Positions 21,534 to 29,400 of a stretch of DNA of 32,000 nt are shown here, piece by piece. The notes beneath the pieces are model-generated. The model was not told where the DNA came from and did no database searches. It worked only from the letters and a program-made list of their open reading frames with translations. Every line of letters starts with the position of its first letter. Positions within the stretch are counted from its first letter, which is position 1. A program made the position numbers and the translations under genes. Source of the DNA: Edaphobacter aggregans (GTDB lineage Bacteria > Acidobacteriota > Terriglobia > Terriglobales > Acidobacteriaceae); the NCBI RefSeq assembly GCF_003945235.1, contig NZ_RSDW01000001.1, positions 180,001 through 212,000 of the forward strand, written 5' to 3'.

Positions 21534-22469
21534 TTGCGCGTGATTTGGCTCGGAGACAAACGAGGATTGCTAAGCGACTGGGTAACCCAGCAATGGGTAC
21601 GAATTACCGGGCGCAGGATCAGCCTCGACGCGCACCCTTGGTTGGATGGCCCGACGGGCAACACCCGGCAAATCGGTAAGGATTTTTTCACCGACTATGC
21701 GCGCAGCAATAACCTCGAGATCGTTAAAAGCGGAGTCCGCGGATTAGTTGAGGACCTGTCTTCCTTATCCGGAAGCTCCGCTGACTTCAGCGCCGTGGCA
21801 AAGCCTGTCAAGGACTTCTATGAGCGCACCTCCGAGTACACACTGGACGCATGGTCAGAGTGGCACGGGCTGTTCCGGCCATTTGGACGAGCACTCGCCG
21901 TTATATTCAGCCGACGCCTCCAGCAGTTGAATATCCCCCTGTCCCCTCTTGATAGCTGTAAAGGGATGAGCAGCAGCGTTGTCCAGCTGCGAGATCCGCA
22001 GTCCGGATGTGTGATTCAGACTGCCTGGGTACGAGAGCTAACGGCAACCAATAACGTTCTCTATGCAGGCAGCTACTCGATCTGCAGCGTGCCGGGACAC
22101 CCGTCTCCATGCATAAGGGTGGTCTTTCCTCTACCCAACGGCAGAGCAATTGTCCTTATGAGACCAGAGATCCATAAGGACAGTTCGTTCTCCGTAACTT
22201 CGGCCGGTAATGCATTCGGTGATCCCGGCTTCTACTTTGTGGTTCAGGGCGAAGGCGGAGTCGCATGGGCTCGATATGTCCGCAGCATGAAAGAGACCAT
22301 CCACGTATACCCTGCAGAATCAGGCGTCGTGCGCGCGGATCACATCCTCTGGCTCTGGGGCAAAGAATTCCTTCGTCTCCACTACCGGATGCAACTGCGG
22401 CACACCGATCAGGCCGAACCTGAATCCAAATACTTGATCAGCAGCACCTCATTCCCAATCTCACTGTAG
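21534..22469 (+). CDS. conserved-looking hypothetical protein (311 aa); family not recognised
   Basis: Long ORF with non-repetitive, balanced composition. TTG start at 21534, with an in-frame GTG at 21540 as an alternative. The 3-prime end overlaps the convergent gene by 61 nt. Confidence 0.55.
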   Translation: MRVIWLGDKRGLLSDWVTQQWVRITGRRISLDAHPWLDGPTGNTRQIGKDFFTDYARSNNLEIVKSGVRGLVEDLSSLSGSSADFSAVAKPVKDFYERTSEYTLDAWSEWHGLFRPFGRALAVIFSRRLQQLNIPLSPLDSCKGMSSSVVQLRDPQSGCVIQTAWVRELTATNNVLYAGSYSICSVPGHPSPCIRVVFPLPNGRAIVLMRPEIHKDSSFSVTSAGNAFGDPGFYFVVQGEGGVAWARYVRSMKETIHVYPAESGVVRADHILWLWGKEFLRLHYRMQLRHTDQAEPESKYLISSTSFPISL

Positions 22470-23254
22470 ATCAACTCATCCACAGTTCCAGCCGCCACGA
22501 GAAGACCAAATCCCCCGGGACGCATTCCCTCTTCTTCGCGCAGCACAATATGAGCCGTCGGGTCCTGAGACGAATCGGCAACAGCCGCATGGCTAAGCGA
22601 TTCGCGCCGGAAGCCAGACCCAGGATCACGCACGTAAAACACATAGGCTCTCCCCGTTCGAACGCCGGTGACCTCAATCACCTGTTCGGGATTGAACGCC
22701 GCTCCGTGCTCCATCGCATTCATCAAGATCTCTCGCAGTGCCTGCATCATCTCCCACCGGGTATCCTCCGGCAACTGAGTGCTAAGCTCTTTCGCAAATG
22801 TCAGGAGACGCTCGGCAGTAATGAGGCGGCAATTTACCCGGACCGACACCCAGCCGGGCCTGGCCGACAGCACATGTATGTCCTCCCGCCATTCATTGTC
22901 AGACGCTGCGCTCCGAGCCAGGTTCACGATCTCACCCGAATCAAACGGAGGCGTGAAGCAGGCAAACACCCGAGCCCGCAGCGCAGCAATCACTTCATCC
23001 GGAGTGCTGTGCTGAGCCAGAACGATGCACTTTACCCCGGGCCTGATGGCGCGCATCTCCTCCAGGAGTGCAAGGCCTTCATCCAAAGAGCTGTCGGGAT
23101 TAGTAATGACGACCCCGAACGATCGCGCGCGCAATCGGTGCAGGGCATCAGCGTGCCCAGCCGAATACTCCATGGGAAAAGAGGCTGCTGTGAGCGCATC
23201 GCCGATCTCGCGGCTCACGTGGTTGTGATCTCCAATAACCAGGACCCGGCTCAT
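22409..23254 (-). CDS. atypical receiver domain fused to a GHKL (HATPase_c, RsbW/SpoIIAB-like) ATPase/kinase domain
   Basis: N-terminal CheY-like fold (MSRVLVIGDHN...GVVITNPDSS...KCIVLAQHS...FACFTPPFD). C-terminal N-box LREILMNAMEHG, G1 VRDPGSGF and G2 PGGFGLLVAAG. No HisKA/DHp domain. Confidence 0.75.
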   Translation of the reverse strand: MSRVLVIGDHNHVSREIGDALTAASFPMEYSAGHADALHRLRARSFGVVITNPDSSLDEGLALLEEMRAIRPGVKCIVLAQHSTPDEVIAALRARVFACFTPPFDSGEIVNLARSAASDNEWREDIHVLSARPGWVSVRVNCRLITAERLLTFAKELSTQLPEDTRWEMMQALREILMNAMEHGAAFNPEQVIEVTGVRTGRAYVFYVRDPGSGFRRESLSHAAVADSSQDPTAHIVLREEEGMRPGGFGLLVAAGTVDELIYSEIGNEVLLIKYLDSGSA

Positions 23255-23342
23255 AGTGTGCTCCGAGGCGATGAACTAACTAAATTCTAGACCATCACTT
23301 ACTCAACCTTGTCAGATCGAAGCCGCTGACATCCTTCCGCAG

Positions 23343-25532
23343 CTACTTCTCTTCCACAATCGCCACATCCCACGGCTTTACCTGTAACGTCGCCGACGGC
23401 TGAATCGCTGCGCCCGAGATCAGATCCACCCCAGCCCCATAAGCGTAAGAGACCGGCTGCTCCTCACTCGAATAATTCAGGTAGTAGTGGACTTTCTTCC
23501 CCATCCCATTAGTCCCATGCTTCACGCGCACCGAAGCGGGTAGCGACTGGTCAGCCCCCGTCAGCCCAGCCTCTTTCAGCACTCCAAGCAGCACGCTCTT
23601 CTGAAGCGCATTAGTCAAAAAAGTCCCTTCATAGGTCAACGAACCCGCGCCAAACTGGTTCTCCGTAATCGCCGGCCAGCGGCCAAAGAAAGGATGGTCA
23701 TAGTAAGCCAAAGCCTTGGCATGTTCCGGAATCAAAAACTCCGCCCAATAGCTCACCTTGTTGTCCGCCCCGGCATGAAACGGATCATCCTTCAGCGCCA
23801 GCGGCTTTTCCAGATTCGAGAACTCCTGATAGCTAAACCCCGCCGCCTCCCGCAGCGGCCCCGGAGCCCGCACCCACCGCACGGCATTATTCTCATTCGT
23901 AAACCCGCTCTTGAAGGTCATCAGAACTCGGCCCCCACCCTTCACAAAGTCCGAAATCTTCTGCAGCAGCGCATCATCCGCGACATAAAGGGCCGGAACA
24001 ATCAGCACCTTGTAGCGCGAAAAATCCGGATCATCGGCAAAGACGAAATCCGTCCCGACATTCAACTCATACAGCGAACGATGCAGTTGATTGATAAGGC
24101 TTGTATACTCCGGCCCCGTCTTCGCCGCTGGCCACGGATCATTCCCTTGCCGCACAATCGGCATGAAGTCCAACCCATTCGCTGAATCCACGCTATAAAG
24201 AATCCCAACCTGATTCGCAATCTTCAGGTTCACCAGATGCGTCCCAATCCGGTTCAACTCATGCGCCGTCTTCGACACCTCCGCATAAGCCCTGTTCGGC
24301 TCCAGATCATGCCCAAGAACGCCCTTCCAGTAAACCTCCTGCCCCGAAGGAATCGAGGCCCAATGCCAATACTCCACCATGTTCGCGCCGCTCGAAAGAT
24401 GCGTATAAACATCCAGCCGAATCTGGCCATCGTACGGCGGATACTGAATCGTCGAGTCCCACCCAATCGTCTGAGCGTTCGTCTCCGTAACCAAATAATT
24501 CGCATGCTTCAGCGAACGCGCCAAGTCCCCCTGAAACGCCTGCGCGGCCCCATCCATGTGGTCCTGCGTCCCGTGATATGGATTGTCCGCAACCACATCC
24601 AGTGACTTGGCAACCTGAAACTCATCGACGTCCCGCCTACCAATGCCGCCAAAATCCTGCGTCACAAACTGATCCGGCCGTCGGTACTCGCGTACAATCC
24701 CCGCCTGCCAATTCAAAAAGTCCGTCACTCGCATCTGCGACCAGCGCGACCACTCCAATTTGTAACCCGTACTGATCGTGCCATCCCGCGTAGGCAGGTT
24801 CTCCCACCCATTGACATCCTCACCCCAGTAATTCATTCCCCATGCCTTATTCAGAGCATCCGTAGTGCCGAACTTCTTCTTAAGATGATTCGTAAACCCC
24901 ACAAACACATCATGGTTCGTCGCCCCATACGCGCCCGTCTCGTTATCAATCTGCCAGCCAATCACCGAAGGATTATCGCGATAATGCTCCACCATATTCC
25001 GAATCAGCCGCTGCGCATAAAAACGATATGCCGGACTATCCGTATCCATGTTCTGCCGCATCCCATACGAGGTCTCCGCCCCACCGATCGGCCTTGCCAG
25101 CACCTCGGGATGCGCGTGATACATCCATGTTGGAATCGAATAAGTCGGCGTGCCCATAATCACCTTGATCCCCGCCTTGCCCATCGCATCCACCACACGA
25201 TCCATCCACGCATACTCGAACTTGCCATCCTCCGGCTCCCAAAGGCTCCACGTGGACTCCCCCATCCGCACGACGCTGATTCCCGCCTCTTTCATCAACG
25301 CCACGTCTTTGTCGAGTCGTTCATACGGCATGTACTCGTGATAGTAAGCAGCCCCATACAACACGTTAGTGAAAGGAGCATTCGCCGGAGCAATATTCGA
25401 CGGAGTATTCGCAGGGGCAGCCTTATCCGAAGCCGCGCCCGCATAAGAAATTCCAACAACAGTCCCAACAGCGACAAACAAAGCTCTCTGTAATCTCGAA
25501 TTCAACGTTTTGCTCCCTCTAAACTTCAGCAT
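23343..25532 (-). CDS. glycoside hydrolase family 42 beta-galactosidase with an N-terminal signal-like segment
   Basis: Chosen ATG at 25532 (MLKFRGSKTLNSRLQRALFVAVGTVVGISYAGAA). GH42-like N-terminal TIM-barrel region YGAAYYHEYMPYERLDKDVALMKEAGISVVRMGESTWSLWEPEDGKFEYAWMDRVVDAMGKAGIKVIMGTPTYSIPTWM, and IGWQIDNE carrying the acid/base Glu context. Confidence 0.9.
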   Translation of the reverse strand: MLKFRGSKTLNSRLQRALFVAVGTVVGISYAGAASDKAAPANTPSNIAPANAPFTNVLYGAAYYHEYMPYERLDKDVALMKEAGISVVRMGESTWSLWEPEDGKFEYAWMDRVVDAMGKAGIKVIMGTPTYSIPTWMYHAHPEVLARPIGGAETSYGMRQNMDTDSPAYRFYAQRLIRNMVEHYRDNPSVIGWQIDNETGAYGATNHDVFVGFTNHLKKKFGTTDALNKAWGMNYWGEDVNGWENLPTRDGTISTGYKLEWSRWSQMRVTDFLNWQAGIVREYRRPDQFVTQDFGGIGRRDVDEFQVAKSLDVVADNPYHGTQDHMDGAAQAFQGDLARSLKHANYLVTETNAQTIGWDSTIQYPPYDGQIRLDVYTHLSSGANMVEYWHWASIPSGQEVYWKGVLGHDLEPNRAYAEVSKTAHELNRIGTHLVNLKIANQVGILYSVDSANGLDFMPIVRQGNDPWPAAKTGPEYTSLINQLHRSLYELNVGTDFVFADDPDFSRYKVLIVPALYVADDALLQKISDFVKGGGRVLMTFKSGFTNENNAVRWVRAPGPLREAAGFSYQEFSNLEKPLALKDDPFHAGADNKVSYWAEFLIPEHAKALAYYDHPFFGRWPAITENQFGAGSLTYEGTFLTNALQKSVLLGVLKEAGLTGADQSLPASVRVKHGTNGMGKKVHYYLNYSSEEQPVSYAYGAGVDLISGAAIQPSATLQVKPWDVAIVEEK

Positions 25533-25638
25533 GAATAGGTGGCTAGGCCAAACAGAACGTTCACTATAGCGGTTCATCCACTCGGAAGACCACCCTTGAG
25601 CACATCGAATACAAACCGCTCCCTTACAATCAACACTA

Positions 25639-26301
25639 ATGACACAGATTCAAGCCATTCTCTTCGACTACGGCCAGGTCCTCTCCACCCCACCCGATCC
25701 CGCCGCATGGCAGCGCATGCGTACCATCACCGGCCTCGATGAAGACACTCTCCACCGCGAATACTGGGCGCCCCGCCACGACTACGACCGTGGCGACCTC
25801 ACAGGCGAAACCTACTGGAAGCTCCTTACATCCAAAGCCGGCCTCTCCATCACACCCGAGCAACTCACCGCCCTCATCGACGCCGACACCGATCTCTGGG
25901 CCCAACTCAACACCCCCATGGTCGACTGGGCTCAGCGTCTCCAGCGAGCCGGCATGCGCACCGGCATCCTCTCCAACATGCCCGACGCCATGGAAGCCGG
26001 CCTCCGCGCTCGTCATCACTGGATCGAAGCCTTCGACCACAACACCTGGTCCCACTCCCTCAACCTGGCCAAGCCCGAGCCCGAAATCTACCATCACGCC
26101 GCCGAAGGCCTCCGCACCCCACACGCCAACATCCTCTTCATCGACGACAAACCCGAAAACATCGCCGCAGCCATCGCCACGGGAATGCAAGCTATCCAGT
26201 ACAGCGACCACGCCACCTTCGAACACGAGATGGAAACCCGCGGCCTAGACTACCTCCTACAACTCCAGGGGAGTACCGATTCCCAAATCGGGAAAATATA
26301 G
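25639..26301 (+). CDS. HAD-superfamily hydrolase (subfamily IA-like)
   Basis: AILFDYGQVL (motif I variant), GILSNMP (motif II) and LFIDDKPENI (motif III/IV). Confidence 0.85.
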   Translation: MTQIQAILFDYGQVLSTPPDPAAWQRMRTITGLDEDTLHREYWAPRHDYDRGDLTGETYWKLLTSKAGLSITPEQLTALIDADTDLWAQLNTPMVDWAQRLQRAGMRTGILSNMPDAMEAGLRARHHWIEAFDHNTWSHSLNLAKPEPEIYHHAAEGLRTPHANILFIDDKPENIAAAIATGMQAIQYSDHATFEHEMETRGLDYLLQLQGSTDSQIGKI

Positions 26302-26406
26302 TACCTTCGTAACGAACTCCAACATCAACGAACCTAAACTCACCTCTCACCATTAGATAGTTAAGGGCAGGCTGCAACCTGTGCACCGCCGCAGCCAAAC
26401 TTCATA

Positions 26407-29400
26407 ATGACGAAGACCAAGTTCGCGCTCCGACTCCTCCTCGCCGGCCTCTGCACCCTCGCCTCCGCAACCCTGGCAGCCCAGAACACCCAACAACTCG
26501 TCTTCACCGGCCTCCGCTCCGTCGCCAGTCAGGGTCAGTTCAACGCCGTCCAGACTGACACCTCAGGCAACCTCTATCTCCTCCTCGATCAAAAAGACGG
26601 CGTCCGCCTCCTCAAGACCGACCCCACCGCCACCAACATCCTCGCCCAGGCCCAAATCGGGGCCACCGGAGACATCGGCCTCGCCCTGGCCCTCGATCCC
26701 ACCGGAAACCTCTACGTTACCGGAACCACCACCTCCGGCTCGCTCGCCACCACCTCAGGCGTAGCCTTCCCCGCGCGCGCCGATACCTCCACCAACTCCT
26801 TCATCGCCAAATTCGACCCTAGCCTCAACCCCCTCTTCGTCACCTACACCGGCAGCGGACGCACCGCCGTAACCTCCATCGCAGCCACCGCCGACGCAGT
26901 CTTCATCACCGGAAGCACCTTCAGCACCACCCTCCCCGTCACTCCTTCCGGCATCATCCAGTCCCCCACCTCCGGCAGCTTCCAAAACGGCTTCGTCGAA
27001 AAGTTCAACACCACCGGCACCACTCTCCTCTACGCCACCTATCTCAGCGCCCTCAACGGAGACACCGCCCCCTCCGCCATCGCCGCCGACTCCAGCGACA
27101 ACGCCTACATCGCCGGATACACCACCTCCACCGGCTACCCCACTCTCAACGCCCTCGTCCCTGAAATCATCGCCACCCCACCCAGCACAACCTCCGGCTT
27201 CCTCACCAAGCTCACCCCCGCAGGCGATGGCATCGTCTTTTCCACCTTCATCCCCGGAACCGGCATCACCTCCCTCACCCTCGACCCCACCGCCCAAAAC
27301 CTCCTCCTCTCTGGAACCATCGCCCTCGGCCAGTTCCCCATCGCCAGCGTGCCGATGCCGCTGGTCAATACCACCTACCAAAGCGTCATTCGAATTCCCC
27401 TCGACGGCACCACCGTACTCGCCTCAACCGTCGCCGCCCCCGGAACCCAATCCACCATAACCCCCGCACCCAGCGGAGCAGCCTGGATCGCCGGCCCCCT
27501 AACCACTCCTCTACTCCCCATCCAAACCCTCTCTAACTTCGGCAACGCCTACGCCCTCCGCGTCACCGCCCAAAGCACGGTCGACCAAACCCTCCGCTTC
27601 GGAGGCCTACCCACCAGCAATCCCGCTTACTCAAGCGCCCCCGCCACCCTCACCTCAGTAGCCGTTGACCAAACCGGCCAACCCATCTTCGCCGGAAGCG
27701 CAGCCCCCACCACCAGCTCCAGCCTCCTCACCACCCAAACCTACGACCTACCTCTCTACAACTCCCCCACTACAGCACTCCCCTCGACCCTCCACAACGC
27801 CGTCCTCGCTTCCGGCACCTGCAACGGAAGCGCCTGCGCCGGTTCAGCCGCATTCCTCTCCAAGCTGAACCCCACCACCTCCGCTCCCAGCCTCGCGCTC
27901 TCCACCGACGCCTCCCCCAACATCACTCTCCGCAACCTAGGCTCAGCCACCGCCACCGACCTTCAGATCACCACCACCGAATTCACCACCTCCACCACCT
28001 GTTCCACTACGCTCCCACCCGCCTCCGACTGCGACATCGTCCTCACCGGCACAGGCCCCGGCAGCATCACAGCCCAAGCCAGCAACGCCACAACCCAAAC
28101 CATTACCGTCCCCGCAATCACTGCTACAGCAAACCCCATCGTCCTCACCCCAAAAGAGCTCGACTTCGGCATTCAGACCTCAACCAGCCCCGCGACCACC
28201 CGCACCATCACCATTACCAACCTTGGCACGCAGACAAAAACCTTCGCCTCCAACCTGCAAGCCATCGGTACCCCGCCTTACACCATCACCCAATCTGCCA
28301 GCGACTGCCCTCTCGCCACCTCCACCACAAAATCTCTCGACCCCGGCGCCACCTGCCACATCACCCTAAGCCTCACCACCTCTTCCGTAGCCACCAACGA
28401 CGGGCCCATCCAGGCCAACTGGACCATCGGCACCGGAGCAGTCCTACTCACCGCCTACTCGCAGGCCGCATCTCTCAGCGCATCCGCCTCCGAGATCGAC
28501 TTCTGCACCCAATACACCCCCGCCTCAACCCCCAACCTGAACCTTCCCCGCTATCTCTATCTCTCAAACAACTCCGCCGCCTCCATCCCCCACACCCCAG
28601 TCACCCTCCCCGCATCCTCACCCTTCACCCTCACCGACTCCTGCCCCACCCAACTCGACCCCCACACCATCTGCCAGATCAAACTCACCTACTCGTCCCC
28701 GCAAACCTCTACCGACTCCACCACCCTCACACTCGACCAAGGCATCACCGTCCTGATCACCGGCAAAACCATCCCCCAACCCGGAGCCACCGGCTCCACC
28801 ACGAACCCCAACCTAAGCGTCACCCCCGCATCCCTCACCTTCCCCAATGCTGTCCTGGTCACTTCAACCTCGAGCGCGCCGCAGAACGTCACCATCGCCA
28901 ATACCGGCACTCAGCCCTTCACTCTCTCCCTCACCCTCACCGGCGACTTCACCGACACCAACAACTGCCCCTCAATCCTCACCGCAGGAACCATCTGCAC
29001 CGTCTCCCTCACCTTTGCCCCCTCGCAGCCCGGCACCCGCCAAGGCCTCCTCACCGTCTCCACCGGAGCAGGCACCACCCCCGCCTACGTCACCCTCACC
29101 GGAACCGCCACCGCCATCCTCACCGCCAACAACGGCACCGTCGACTTCGGCAGCGTCATCATCGGCCAACCCTCGGTCCTCTGGTACAAGATCGCCCAGC
29201 CTTTCAGCCAATTCTCAGCCACCACCTCCACCCCCGACTTCACCGCCATCCTCGTCGAAGACATCGGCTACGGCCACGGCCAACCCCCGACCACAGCCTT
29301 CTCGACCACCGTCACCGGCACCTGCACCAACTGCTGGCTCGGCCTCCAGTTCATCCCATCCAGCACATCCCTCGAAACCGCGAATCTAACCCTTACCTCC

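Noticed and set aside
22550-26226. Long ORFs opposite the receiver-GHKL protein, GH42 and HAD genes (22550..23290, 23694..24185, 24237..24605, 24885..25493, 25636..26226, 25739..26248)
   Set aside because: These are strand-bias-driven shadow ORFs (Arg/Pro/His/Ile-rich or Gly/Val-rich) opposite well-supported genes.
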